Assembly (NCBI GenBank): GCA_036339735.1 | Contig: JAYZAL010000064.1 | Coordinates: 1 to 64,000 of the forward strand | DNA from: Candidatus Poribacteria bacterium | Lineage (GTDB): Bacteria; Poribacteria; WGA-4E; UBA9662 | Direction of reading: 5' to 3' | Length of the DNA: 64,000 nucleotides | In this document: in pieces, positions 1 to 9,540 of the stretch | Layout: each line of letters opens with the position of its first letter | How positions within the stretch are numbered: the stretch's first letter is position 1 | Notes under the pieces: model-generated | What the model was told of the DNA's origin: nothing | The model's database searches: none | What the model saw: only the letters and a program-made list of their open reading frames with translations | Translations under genes and position numbers: made by a program

Positions 1-183
1 TTACCTACCGCTGCTTCCTTCCGGACCTGACGGGGTTCGGTAACATCCAGTTGCTCAGGACCCAGCTCTCAACGCCACATACTACTGGCAGTCCAAGAGA
101 AAGTTCGCCGTCCAATGGTAATTCAGCCCTGCTATAGCGGATTGCAGGTCTAGGGCACCGCTACCTCCCCGCTTAGCATAACC
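1..183 (-). ncRNA. ffs: Large (Alu-domain) bacterial SRP RNA, 3' part cut by the window edge
   Basis: Minus strand reads TGCTAAGCGGGGAGGTAGCGGTGCCCT...CCTGCAATCCGCT.TAGCAGGGC (Alu domain as in Bacillus scRNA) and GTCAGGTCCGGAAGGAAGCAGC (helix 8, Ffh site). Confidence 0.95.
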
Positions 184-196
184 AAGTCTGTCAAAA

Positions 197-286
197 TGGC
201 GGAGAGTGTGGGATTCGAACCCACGGTACGGTTGCCCGCACACATGATTTCCAATCATGCCAGTTCAACCACTCCTGCAACTCTCC
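197..286 (-). tRNA. tRNA-Ser(GGA), CCA encoded
   Basis: Cloverleaf; anticodon arm CATGA-TTGGAAA-TCATG; long variable arm; GGTTCGAATCC T-arm. Confidence 0.97.
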
Positions 287-295
287 TATTTTGAA

Positions 296-368
296 TGGAG
301 TAAACGGGACTTGAACCCGTGACCTCAACCATGCGAAGGTTGCGCTCTCCCAGCTGAGCTATTACCCC
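296..368 (-). tRNA. tRNA-Ala(CGC)
   Basis: Acceptor GGGGTAA/TTACTCC with G3:U70; anticodon arm CAACC-TTCGCAT-GGTTG; no encoded CCA. Confidence 0.96.
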
Positions 369-422
369 TTAACTACTTACTAAAATTAAAAAGATAAAGA
401 TATGGCCTTTATTCTTTCCGAA

Positions 423-512
423 TGGCGGAGAGTGTGGGATTCGAACCCACGGTACGGTCGCCCGCACAACAGTTTTCGAGACTGCCCAGTTCAACCACTC
501 CTGCAACTCTCC
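423..512 (-). tRNA. tRNA-Ser(CGA), CCA encoded
   Basis: Anticodon arm GCAGT-CTCGAAA-ACTGT; long variable arm. Confidence 0.97.
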
Positions 513-526
513 ATGAGATGCTTTTA

Positions 527-979
527 CTACTCTCGCCTACTTCGAAAAAACGATTGTAACAATTCCCTACTTTCCTTCCACAAAACACCTGCTGTAACCT
601 CGGTCTGATGATTCAACCGACGATCACGGAGTAAGCAATAGAGGGAGTCGACTGCCCCCGCTTTTGGGTCGGCGACCGCATAGACCACCCGTGGGATACG
701 TGCGAGCAAAATTGCACCAGCACACATCGGGCACGGTTCCAATGTGACGTAGAGGGTTGTATCTGTTAGCCGCCAACTGCCAAGATACGCAGAAGCCGCC
801 TGAATTGCTAACACCTCGGCATGGGCGACGGGATTACTGTCGCTCTCTCGACGATTGTGCGCCATTGAAATCGGGGAATCACCCCGTACTACGACAGCAC
901 CTACAGGAACCTCACCCAAGCTATCCGCAAGCCTAGCTTGCTCTAATGCCACGGCCATCCAATCTGTATCTGAAATCAT
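527..979 (-). CDS. tadA: tRNA adenosine(34) deaminase TadA
   Basis: EVPVGAV, AHAE and TLEPCPMCAGA zinc-deaminase motifs; C-terminal FFRSRR; position next to tRNA-Arg(ACG) and near SRP RNA. Confidence 0.95.
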   Translation of the reverse strand: MISDTDWMAVALEQARLADSLGEVPVGAVVVRGDSPISMAHNRRESDSNPVAHAEVLAIQAASAYLGSWRLTDTTLYVTLEPCPMCAGAILLARIPRVVYAVADPKAGAVDSLYCLLRDRRLNHQTEVTAGVLWKESRELLQSFFRSRRE

Positions 980-982
980 AAA

Positions 983-1056
983 AGCGCCGGAAGGGATTCG
1001 AACCCCCGCCCTTCTGATCCGTAGTCAGATGCTCTAATCCACTGAGCTACCGGCGC
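983..1056 (-). tRNA. tRNA-Arg(ACG)
   Basis: Acceptor GCGCCGG/CCGGCGC; anticodon arm TCTGA-CTACGGA-TCAGA; A20 present; discriminator U; no encoded CCA. Confidence 0.95.
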
Positions 1057-1061
1057 GAATA

Positions 1062-1146
1062 CGGAGAGTGTGGGATTCGAACCCACGGTAGCTTTCGCTA
1101 CAACTGCTTAGCAGGCAGCCCGGATAGACCACTCTCGCAACTCTCC
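1062..1146 (-). tRNA. tRNA-Ser(GCT)
   Basis: Anticodon arm GCTGC-CTGCTAA-GCAGT; long variable arm. Confidence 0.96.
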
Positions 1147-1156
1147 ACATAGACAA

Positions 1157-1241
1157 CGGTGAGGGTGGGATTCGAACCCACGGTAGCTCTCGCTACAACG
1201 GTTTTCAAGACCGCCACGTTCGACCACTCCGCCACCTCACC
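1157..1241 (-). tRNA. tRNA-Ser(TGA)
   Basis: Anticodon arm GCGGT-CTTGAAA-ACCGT; long variable arm. Confidence 0.96.
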
Positions 1242-1263
1242 AAGAGACGCAAATTGCGGGCTA

Positions 1264-1292
1264 ATTCTAGCAGACCTAGATTTCGATGTCAA
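1264..1292 (-). promoter_or_regulatory. Sigma70 promoter of the tRNA/tadA/SRP operon
   Basis: TTGACA-17 bp-TAGAAT with extended TG, followed by GC-rich TAGCCCGC; -10 box about 20 bp upstream of the first tRNA. Confidence 0.8.
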
Positions 1293-1315
1293 TGTCAATT
1301 TGATTTTCAACTTTC

Positions 1316-1900
1316 CTATTTAAAGCAAGAAATTACACCATTTTCAGTCAAGATAAGATCAACAGGATAATCCCAATCTTCTGATGGTAGGAGGTCTACA
1401 ATTTGAACAGAAAAAGCCAGACCAACAAGCAAAGCTTGTGGACAATTAGGAAGTAAACGATCATAGAACCCTCCTCCATATCCAAGCCTGTGACCAAATT
1501 TGTCAAAAACACAGCCTGGAATTAATATCATATCTAATAGATTGGAATCGAGAGAAGTACATTGATCAGGATTAGGCTCTTTCATTCCCCATTTATGAAA
1601 TTGAAACTGTATATCTGGGTTTTGTATCCGATAAATTTTGAGATTTTGTCCCTCAACTCTTGGCAAGCCAACTAATCGATCACTTGACAATTGGGATTCC
1701 AGTAAATAGCTAGTTTCGACTTCGCTTCTCATATGAAGATATAGTAAAATACTAGTTGGTTGGTGAGTATCGATCAACTGTTTGGCAAGCCGACAAATTT
1801 TTTGACTTAGGTTTCGTCTAGTCTTCGCGGGCATTTTATCTCGATTATTTTGTGATTTAATGCGTAACTTTTGTTTGTCAGCTTGTTTTTTTTTCATCAA
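1316..1900 (-). CDS. 5-formyltetrahydrofolate cyclo-ligase
   Basis: K..LR N-terminus, SEVET, PGCVFDKFGHRLGYGGGFYDRLL, WDYPVDLILTE. Confidence 0.93.
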   Translation of the reverse strand: MMKKKQADKQKLRIKSQNNRDKMPAKTRRNLSQKICRLAKQLIDTHQPTSILLYLHMRSEVETSYLLESQLSSDRLVGLPRVEGQNLKIYRIQNPDIQFQFHKWGMKEPNPDQCTSLDSNLLDMILIPGCVFDKFGHRLGYGGGFYDRLLPNCPQALLVGLAFSVQIVDLLPSEDWDYPVDLILTENGVISCFK

Positions 1901-1929
1901 CTGATTGATTGTTCTTAAGGATAATTTAT

Positions 1930-4248
1930 TTACTGATACCAGAAGGTCAATTTAGCTAATAAGGCTCTATCGGTGAAGCGTAAAGCTGGCGGAAGTGTTA
2001 GGTCATATACTTGGTTTAATACCAAGTAGAAATTACTACCTGGTTGATAAATATAATTAATCAATAAATTCGTCGATATGAGTTGATTCCCACTATTCCA
2101 TTGAGTGAACAGTTTTATATAAGCAGTCGTCGAGACAGCATAGACTACTCTGGTGTCAATTACGTTGGCGTCGAAAGAGCCTGTAGGCAGTTTAACTCTA
2201 TTCAGACTATAACTGGACTCTAGTGTAAAGCTATTGCTCGGTTTAAATCTCATAAACCCATTCAGTCCTGACCGTTTCCCATTGTAGTATTGACCAAACC
2301 CAGCAGAGACTCTTGCTGATACTGAACGAGTTTGATCAGTCTGTGTAGTCAGCCAACAATTTGTATAAAAGTACTGGTCAGGTGGGATTTCGTGATCTCT
2401 ATGGACCTTAAAAGGTTGTTCTAGTCTATCCAATGTTCTGCGAACATCAATAGCAAGCCAGTCATTACTGACAAAGTTCATCCAGTGTAAATATCGAAAA
2501 ATGATAGTTTCTGGTTGATATTCGCTGTTCAAGGAAATATCGGTTTCTGGCCCGCTGAACATCTCTTTCAAATTCATAATTTTCAGTATAGGTCCTAACC
2601 AGCCACCTACATCTTTTACCCATGGAGACCAGCGGAATTCACCACGCAATCGTTGTCCACCGCCCCGCTCAGCAAAACCAATACCTGGTTTGAACTCGGG
2701 ATCAATACCACTGTAACCAATAGAAGCTCGCCAAGAATCGCTTCGCCACCCACCAGCTAAGGCGTATGCCAGCCCACTTTGTTCGCTAGGGCTAGTCTCA
2801 TTTTCTCGATTTACGTCAAGTGAACTTGCGAATAGGCTATTAACGGTTATTGTCTCAGTTGGTCGATAATTCAAATCCAGTCCAATTGTTCGATTGAACA
2901 TGTCTTTGCTTGATTGTCGGTTAGTCGTTATAAACCCAAAATTTGACGAAGATAAAATGTCCCTCCGTATTCGAAAAACAGAGAAATTAGTACTTGGGAT
3001 AGTGATTTCACTCGGGGTCGTCATCATTTCACTAGATAAGACATGTAGTAAACCAATTCCATAATCCCCAACTTTCCCAGTTACTTTACTGCCACCTACG
3101 ATCGGAATCATTTGCCCTTGTTCAATTCCGATTCGACGACTGTAAAATAATAAAAGTGGTGGAGCTTTACTTAATGTGGCTTGTGGAATACTGAATTCGA
3201 AAAAATTCGATCCCTCCAGAAAAAAGGGCCGTTTCTCTGGAAAAAAAGTACTATATCGAGTCAGATTGATATACTCTTGATCAGCCTCAACTTGTGCAAA
3301 ATCGGTATTGTAAGTCGCATCAAAAGTTAGATTAGGAGTAAGACTATATTTGAAATCTCCCCCCAATTCCAGAATCCTGTTTGGTTTATTATTTTTTTTC
3401 TCTTGTTGATTGACTAAACTAACTCCACTTGTCAAGTATGGTAAAACTTCAAATTTGCGTGTGGGTGAAATTAATGTCAAACCAGATAGAACTGCAAGGT
3501 TTTGTGTACGATATTTGGCCTTCGAACCATATTTTTTTGGTACAGGAACTAAAATTGCCTCCTCATGTAAACGGGCAATTTCGCGTCCAACATTCAATCC
3601 CCATTCGTTTATATCTTTCGGTTCAAAACGTAATTGACTGAAAGGAATACAAATTTCGGCTACCCAAAATCCTTCTTCATCGTTTGTTTTGTTAATCTTC
3701 GTCCTAGCGTTCCAAACCGCGTCCCAATCAAAATTTAGACTATCACCATTTTTGAATACTCTGGCATCTTGTAGTGCTCCAAGAGGATTAACTCGAAAGA
3801 AAAAACCATCCCGTCGGTCATTGTAACTGTCAATTAATACGAACACATTGTCGTTTTCGTGAATGTTTGATCCGTCTCGACGCATTTCGTTAGAGACAAG
3901 TTGGTCAATTTTACTGTCATAACAAGTAAAACCAAAGTATATGGATTCAGAATTATAAACTATATAAACTTTTGTCAACAGGGAAGCTGGTTGGCCTTGA
4001 TCAGGCTGAATTTGTACTAGGTTGGAGACTGGGTTGGCTTTCGACCAAATGTCCTCTTTTAAAACGCCATCAAGTTCGATAGGCTGATCAGTGTAAGTAG
4101 CAGTCAGATCTTGACTAATTGAGTCAAAGACTACTGTTGTAAAAAACGAAATAAAACCAATTAAATACAAAAAAAGTATTCTCGAGAATATCGAGAGATT
4201 AGTTTCTCGATGTTCTCCATGAATTAGACTTTTCAATTGTTTACTCAT
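1930..4248 (-). CDS. CBM9-like plus DUF5916 putative outer-membrane protein
   Basis: IELDGVLKEDIW CBM9-like start; TYNTDFAQVEAD and FFPEKRPFFLEG..F, FYSRRIG motifs; C-terminal AKLTFW. Confidence 0.8.
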   Translation of the reverse strand: MSKQLKSLIHGEHRETNLSIFSRILFLYLIGFISFFTTVVFDSISQDLTATYTDQPIELDGVLKEDIWSKANPVSNLVQIQPDQGQPASLLTKVYIVYNSESIYFGFTCYDSKIDQLVSNEMRRDGSNIHENDNVFVLIDSYNDRRDGFFFRVNPLGALQDARVFKNGDSLNFDWDAVWNARTKINKTNDEEGFWVAEICIPFSQLRFEPKDINEWGLNVGREIARLHEEAILVPVPKKYGSKAKYRTQNLAVLSGLTLISPTRKFEVLPYLTSGVSLVNQQEKKNNKPNRILELGGDFKYSLTPNLTFDATYNTDFAQVEADQEYINLTRYSTFFPEKRPFFLEGSNFFEFSIPQATLSKAPPLLLFYSRRIGIEQGQMIPIVGGSKVTGKVGDYGIGLLHVLSSEMMTTPSEITIPSTNFSVFRIRRDILSSSNFGFITTNRQSSKDMFNRTIGLDLNYRPTETITVNSLFASSLDVNRENETSPSEQSGLAYALAGGWRSDSWRASIGYSGIDPEFKPGIGFAERGGGQRLRGEFRWSPWVKDVGGWLGPILKIMNLKEMFSGPETDISLNSEYQPETIIFRYLHWMNFVSNDWLAIDVRRTLDRLEQPFKVHRDHEIPPDQYFYTNCWLTTQTDQTRSVSARVSAGFGQYYNGKRSGLNGFMRFKPSNSFTLESSYSLNRVKLPTGSFDANVIDTRVVYAVSTTAYIKLFTQWNSGNQLISTNLLINYIYQPGSNFYLVLNQVYDLTLPPALRFTDRALLAKLTFWYQ

Positions 4249-4287
4249 AGAAAAATATACTTTTTTGCTCGGTACTCTGTTAGTTAG

Positions 4288-5421
4288 TTACCAGTTGGTA
4301 AATGAACCATCTGATTGGTGGAGTTGTGGCGGCATTTCCATACGGAAATGCTGATCTAGGGCCGCATTTTCATCGAAAACGATTCCTAATCCAGGCATCC
4401 TTGGTGGTAACAAATGCCCATCGACCAAAGAAACCTGAACCGGGAAAACGTCGGGCAAGATAGAATTAGGACTTCGAACTAATTCTTGAACACCAAAATT
4501 AGATGTAGATAAGTCTAAATGTAAACAAGCAGCTGTTGAAATTGGTCCCAAGGGGTTATGGGGTACAATGTTGATATAATGTGTCTCGCACCAATTTGCT
4601 ACTTTTTTGGCTTCGGTCAATCCTCCAACAATACAAACATCAATACGTGCGTACTGCATTAAATCATCTTCGATCAAATGACGGAACTCCCACTTACTTG
4701 CAAATTGTTCACCAATTGCTAAAGGGATTGCCACATGTCTTGCCAGCTGTCGGTAGCTTGCCACATTTTCTGACCGAAGTGGATCCTCAACAAAATAAGG
4801 TGAAAATTGCTCTAGAGACCTACACAGAGGAATTACATATGGAGGATCTAAGCGAGTATGGATATCAATCAGGATTTCAACGTCGTCCCCAACAGCCAGG
4901 CGAATTGCTTCGCATTGTCTCAGCATTTGACGGGCAGCCTTCCTAGGTTCAATTAGTTGACCTTCGGTTGGCAAACCCAAACGTATAAAACTCCATCCTT
5001 CGTCTATTCTTTGCCGAGTATTATCAACTAACTTTTCTAAAGTATTTCCACCAACATGGGGGTAACAAACTACTTTTTCCCGAACCAATCCTCCAAGTAA
5101 TTCATATACGGGAACACCTAAATGCTTACCTCGGATATCCCACAAAGCAATGTCAATAGCACTAATAGCTGAACAAGCTATTCGTCCCGCCGGAAAAAAA
5201 CCACTTCTGAACATTACTTGCCAAAGGTATTCAATACGACTAGGATCTTGGCCAACTAACAGTGGCTTCAGGTGATCCACACAGCCAGAGGCTGCCATTT
5301 CACGCCAAGTTAAACCTCCTTCACCTAGACCATAGATGCCAGAATCAGTTTCTACTTTGACAAAGAAAAAATTTCGACCATTTTCCCAGACAACAAATGA
5401 CTTAACGTCAGTAATCTTCAT
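4288..5421 (-). CDS. Mandelate racemase/enolase superfamily sugar-acid dehydratase (DgoD-like)
   Basis: AISAIDIALWDIRGK, IDIHTR, FVEDP, GEQ, PHNPLGP, PGLG. Confidence 0.9.
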   Translation of the reverse strand: MKITDVKSFVVWENGRNFFFVKVETDSGIYGLGEGGLTWREMAASGCVDHLKPLLVGQDPSRIEYLWQVMFRSGFFPAGRIACSAISAIDIALWDIRGKHLGVPVYELLGGLVREKVVCYPHVGGNTLEKLVDNTRQRIDEGWSFIRLGLPTEGQLIEPRKAARQMLRQCEAIRLAVGDDVEILIDIHTRLDPPYVIPLCRSLEQFSPYFVEDPLRSENVASYRQLARHVAIPLAIGEQFASKWEFRHLIEDDLMQYARIDVCIVGGLTEAKKVANWCETHYINIVPHNPLGPISTAACLHLDLSTSNFGVQELVRSPNSILPDVFPVQVSLVDGHLLPPRMPGLGIVFDENAALDQHFRMEMPPQLHQSDGSFTNW

Positions 5422-5439
5422 GATTTTCTACTCATAACA

Positions 5440-6438
5440 CTAATTTTCAGAACTACCAAAAAGAGTATTGACAACTAACCGTTGGAAATTTGCAGCCAGA
5501 TAACTGTATCCTTCAGCATTCGGATGTAGTTGGTCAGGCAGATACTGGTTGAGCTCAGGCCCAAAAATAGTCAGCCCGTCGAAATAGAACAGGTTTTCGT
5601 CATTATGTTCTTTTAGAATCATTACTGTTTGAAAAACCTCGTTTCGCATTTGAGCCAATGTGAAACCTGCTGCATTTTTGCTATTTTCTCTTGTTGGTGA
5701 ATAAATTGGAGAAATTAAGGCAATCGGAATGTTAGGGTGCCCCTCCCGAATAGTTAAAATGGTGCCGATGATGGATTGCTGAAAAGCCCTAGGACCTAAA
5801 CTACTTGCACCGTAGATATTAATACCACAGCAGATTGATATAAAATCGGCTGGCAGGTCGCGAATTAAGCGTGCAACCATTAGGTCTAGATGGCACTGGC
5901 CACCGAATCCAAGGCAAGTCAGGTTAAAATGGTTTTGTCGAGCCACGATGGCAGGCCAAGTAAAACTCGGTGACTTTGCTCCAGCACACTGGGTTATCGA
6001 GCTTCCATATGTAATCCAGCGCAACTGAGTATCATCGTAACGCTTGATTGTCGAACCATTAGAAAGTTCCAAAGATTCTAACTGGAATGTGCTTTTTTGA
6101 GGCAACCACAACTCTACTAATTTTTGTTTGTCGGGAAGATTCTCAAATAAAAAATGATTGGTATTTTTTAGGTCATAACTTGTTATCCATTCACCATCAC
6201 AATATAAATCAATTTGGCTATCATTTGGTGTGTTTGCTATTTGGCCTCTGATTATTTCTGTGTTAGAGTAAAAGGAAAGACGTACACCCGCTGGCACAGC
6301 CGCCCTTTCTTGGAGTTGCGAGTGATATAGAGTTCTTATCCCATGAGGAATCCGCCATGGCATTACACCTTTCTTATTAAACTCTAGGGAGACAGCACCA
6401 GCCCAGTTCAATCGAACATCATCAGCTTTCAGTTGCAT
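5440..6438 (-). CDS. SGNH/GDSL hydrolase with N-terminal beta-sandwich
   Basis: YGSSITQ, LGFGGQCHLD, GIN, DQLHPNAEGY. Confidence 0.85.
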   Translation of the reverse strand: MQLKADDVRLNWAGAVSLEFNKKGVMPWRIPHGIRTLYHSQLQERAAVPAGVRLSFYSNTEIIRGQIANTPNDSQIDLYCDGEWITSYDLKNTNHFLFENLPDKQKLVELWLPQKSTFQLESLELSNGSTIKRYDDTQLRWITYGSSITQCAGAKSPSFTWPAIVARQNHFNLTCLGFGGQCHLDLMVARLIRDLPADFISICCGINIYGASSLGPRAFQQSIIGTILTIREGHPNIPIALISPIYSPTRENSKNAAGFTLAQMRNEVFQTVMILKEHNDENLFYFDGLTIFGPELNQYLPDQLHPNAEGYSYLAANFQRLVVNTLFGSSEN

Positions 6439-6484
6439 AATTTCTTAGACCTTGATGATTCTTGAAGTTTGAGTGGATAACAAT

Positions 6485-7255
6485 TCAAACGGTCGTGGTC
6501 AATTTTCTAACAGAAGAAACACCATTAACCACAAATGGCTCAGCATTACCCCATAGCCGACTACCGTCTCGAGATAAAATCGGTTCGGCTGAATATTGAG
6601 CCAAATAAGCCCGACGAGGTTTTTTAGTCGTATTATTTCCACTACTATGGAAATTTATACTTGTAAAAGCCACTATACTTCCCGCCGGCACAATTGCTGC
6701 GATGCCTTTATTCTTACCGAAATAACCAACTAAATCATTAGACCCGTCCTCTCGAATATGTTGAACCCAAGATCGGATACCTGAATGAGAAAAGGGCAGA
6801 ATATGAACTGTTCCATTTTCAATAGTCATATCATCCAATGCACACCAACAAGTCAAATAGGGCCGATGATCTGGGTAGCCAACGTACCCTGAATCTTGAT
6901 GCCAACTGAATTTCATACCTTCTTCGGCACCCTTAACCACATATTGTTCCCAAAACAAATAGGCTGTATCCCCAAGGGTTGCTTGGCAGACTTCCGCCAT
7001 TAAGTCACTGAATAAAAAATCTCTTAGTTTGGGTTCCTGCTGAAAACAATTGGCTATGAAATAGCGCTTGTGGCGATGATTAATACCCAAGACGTCTGTA
7101 CCTTTCTGATCCATTTGCCAATTGACTTGATCAATAAATGCTTGGCACTCATCTTGTAATAACTTTAAAAAATTATTTGGGATCACACGATCTAGAATCA
7201 AATAACCTTCGTCCTGATAATGCTGTTTTTGTTGCTTTGTTATTTTCAGTGTCAT
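6485..7255 (-). CDS. Phytanoyl-CoA dioxygenase (PhyH) family Fe/2OG enzyme
   Basis: YQDEGYL, WHQDSGY, WCALDD.TIENG, FHSSG.N.T..PRRA. Confidence 0.9.
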   Translation of the reverse strand: MTLKITKQQKQHYQDEGYLILDRVIPNNFLKLLQDECQAFIDQVNWQMDQKGTDVLGINHRHKRYFIANCFQQEPKLRDFLFSDLMAEVCQATLGDTAYLFWEQYVVKGAEEGMKFSWHQDSGYVGYPDHRPYLTCWCALDDMTIENGTVHILPFSHSGIRSWVQHIREDGSNDLVGYFGKNKGIAAIVPAGSIVAFTSINFHSSGNNTTKKPRRAYLAQYSAEPILSRDGSRLWGNAEPFVVNGVSSVRKLTTTV

Positions 7256-7354
7256 GAGTTTAAATACCTGTTCAAATTAACAAATACATTGTGAATTGAT
7301 TAATGTATAAATGTTTAGCTTACTATAGTACTAATTATCTGTTATCCACAGGCG

Positions 7355-8650
7355 TCACACTAATGGCTCTCGTACCATGTCTGAGATTTGTTCATATAAA
7401 CGATTAGACCGAGCATTTCTTGCCCAACGTGCTCCACCTGGACCTGAATTTAAATTGCCGCCAGCGTTAGGGTGGCACTTAGGTCGGTTGTTGAAATCGA
7501 TTGTCGCGGAAAGTACATTGTCCACTGATGACGTAGCTAGAGTTTCGCCAACCGAGTTGATAATTGCAGCTGGTGAATTCAGCGTCGACGCAACTAAAAA
7601 GACATTATTGTCAATTGCACGGGCTGGTAGGATTTTTTCTTCATAACCGGCATTAGGAAATAAGATTAGTTCGGCTCCTTTAAGTCCCAAAACTCGTGCT
7701 GATTCAGGCCACCAGCTATCGTAGCAAATCATGATGCCAACCACACCAAAATCGGTAGTAAAAACATCAAATTGATCTCCCGGTGATATGCCTTGTGGCC
7801 CTTCCGGCCAATAAGGATGGACTTTACGTTGTTTACCAATTAGCTCTCCCTGTCGATTGTACAGAACCGCCGAATTAAAGATGTAATTACCATCTTGTTC
7901 CAGCAAACCAGAACAAATATAACTGTTATAGGTAGCTGCTTTGTAACTTAACATTTTACAAAAAGGGCCAGGGACCTTCTCCGCTAGTTTCCACAGAGAT
8001 TGGCCGTGGTTTTGAGGTGCTGAAGCTGTATTAGCAAACTCTGGTAATAGAATGATGTCACAATGGGCCAGTTGGTCAACTTTCTCTGCGTATAGTCGGA
8101 TGTGATCGGATTGGCTCGCCGGGTGATACGGGCGATATCGCATAGCTCCTACAGTAACCATACGAGGAGGTAATGGCTCGGAAACTATGAGAGAAACATT
8201 ATCAAACCATACTTGTCCTTGCTTTGCGTACCGCATTAAAAGACGGATTTCTGCTCCATTGCAATCATTAGGCGCCGTAAACGTGTTTTTTGCAACAACT
8301 TGTCTCGTGCCTTTTTCAAAACTGCGGAAGTCGTATACTGTGTCTTCGGAACAATTGTCTTCAACAGTTTCCTCTCGGCGCCAGACAATGTGCGGTGTAA
8401 TATGCAAAGATAGATCTGAGATGTTTTGGCACTGAAATCGGACTTCGAGTTGATAGGTGCCTCCAGCCTGGATTTCCACATATTGGCACCAAGCTCCAAA
8501 CACATTATGATTTCCGTTACCAGACAAAGAGAGACAGTTTTTTTTCGATTTTTTTTCAACGCTGAACAAAGGAGATAGGCTAGGCATCGGGGTCCACTGG
8601 TACCAACTATCAAAGTTTACTTCAGGATCCCAGGTTAACAAATTATGCAT
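7355..8650 (-). CDS. Carbon-nitrogen hydrolase with N-terminal CBM-like beta-sandwich
   Basis: Catalytic E-K-C in LLPEF, RKVH and MICYD; N-terminal about 155 aa ending GQVWFDNVSL. Confidence 0.85.
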   Translation of the reverse strand: MHNLLTWDPEVNFDSWYQWTPMPSLSPLFSVEKKSKKNCLSLSGNGNHNVFGAWCQYVEIQAGGTYQLEVRFQCQNISDLSLHITPHIVWRREETVEDNCSEDTVYDFRSFEKGTRQVVAKNTFTAPNDCNGAEIRLLMRYAKQGQVWFDNVSLIVSEPLPPRMVTVGAMRYRPYHPASQSDHIRLYAEKVDQLAHCDIILLPEFANTASAPQNHGQSLWKLAEKVPGPFCKMLSYKAATYNSYICSGLLEQDGNYIFNSAVLYNRQGELIGKQRKVHPYWPEGPQGISPGDQFDVFTTDFGVVGIMICYDSWWPESARVLGLKGAELILFPNAGYEEKILPARAIDNNVFLVASTLNSPAAIINSVGETLATSSVDNVLSATIDFNNRPKCHPNAGGNLNSGPGGARWARNARSNRLYEQISDMVREPLV

Positions 8651-8702
8651 TTTCGCAGATTATTACTATCAATGAACCTAATACTTTCAATTTTTACGCC
8701 TC

Positions 8703-8794
8703 ATTATACAACTGTTTAAGACTTAGTCAAATCGTTTTAGGCATTAATCTCAAGCCTTTCACCACTTGTGTTTGAATAGTGCCTGTGATATAAT
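8703..8794. promoter_or_regulatory. Divergent sigma70 promoter pair
   Basis: Minus: TTGACT-16-TATAAT (8730-8703). Plus: TTGTGT-17-TATAAT with extended TG (8766-8794). Confidence 0.65.
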
Positions 8795-8893
8795 CGGCTG
8801 CCTATAGCTTGTTGTTTGGTGATCTTGGATTCACAGGTCTGTTACGTTCGATTTGTCGGTGGATAAGTCCACTGCTACCAAAAGGAGTAGAAA

Positions 8894-9523
8894 ATGAAAA
8901 AAATTAATACGCTGGTCTTTGCAGGTGGTGTTATTCACGATTGGAAAGGGTGTAGTCAGGAAATCGTTAAATCATTATCAAAAACAGATGATTTCGAAAT
9001 CACTGTGGTTGAGGATGACCTAGATGCACTAGTGGCACCGAAACTTGACCCTTACGATCTAATCGTTTTCTATTACACGGTAGGTGAAATCTCCGATGCC
9101 CAAAAAAATGGTTTACTGAACCATATTTCTTCTGGGAAAGGATATGTTGGCGTACATTCAGCTGCTGATTCATTTCGAGGTTGTCCAGAATATCGAGCCA
9201 TGGTGGGCGGTCACTTCACTACTCATCCACACTACCGTGAATACCAAGTCAGCATCGTTGATTCTGAGCATCCAATTACCGAAGGTTTAGTTGAGTTTAG
9301 TGTGACCGACGAACAGTATATTTTGGATTATGACAAAAGGGTTAGCGTCCTGGCCTCAGCCCTACATCAAGGTGAGAAAATGCCAGTGGCTTGGACCAAA
9401 AGCTGGGGAGAAGGACGCGTTTTCTACTTAGCTTTGGGACATGATGCAGCTGCCTGCCAACACGAGAACTTTTCCCTTTTACTCCAGCGGGGTGCTGTTT
9501 GGGCTGGAAAGCCTGCAACTTAG
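8894..9523 (+). CDS. ThuA-like (trehalose utilization, class I glutamine amidotransferase-like) protein
   Basis: GG.IHDW, GKGYVGVHSAADSF, GGHFTTHP, DEQY, WGEGRVFYLALGH; AAGGAG RBS. Confidence 0.9.
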   Translation: MKKINTLVFAGGVIHDWKGCSQEIVKSLSKTDDFEITVVEDDLDALVAPKLDPYDLIVFYYTVGEISDAQKNGLLNHISSGKGYVGVHSAADSFRGCPEYRAMVGGHFTTHPHYREYQVSIVDSEHPITEGLVEFSVTDEQYILDYDKRVSVLASALHQGEKMPVAWTKSWGEGRVFYLALGHDAAACQHENFSLLLQRGAVWAGKPAT

Positions 9524-9540
9524 GCAAACTCATCTGAAAA

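Noticed and set aside
402-1310. Short ORFs 402-608, 855-1037 and 1098-1310
   Set aside because: They overlap tRNA genes and tadA and are shadow translations
1901-1929. 6S RNA upstream of the 5-formyl-THF cyclo-ligase gene
   Set aside because: The gap is only 29 bp
7256-7354. Perfect DnaA box TTATCCACA (7342-7350) beside AT-rich DNA, plus one-mismatch boxes at 6472 and 8858, as a possible oriC
   Set aside because: Boxes are isolated in short gaps between catabolic genes; there is no cluster and no dnaA/dnaN
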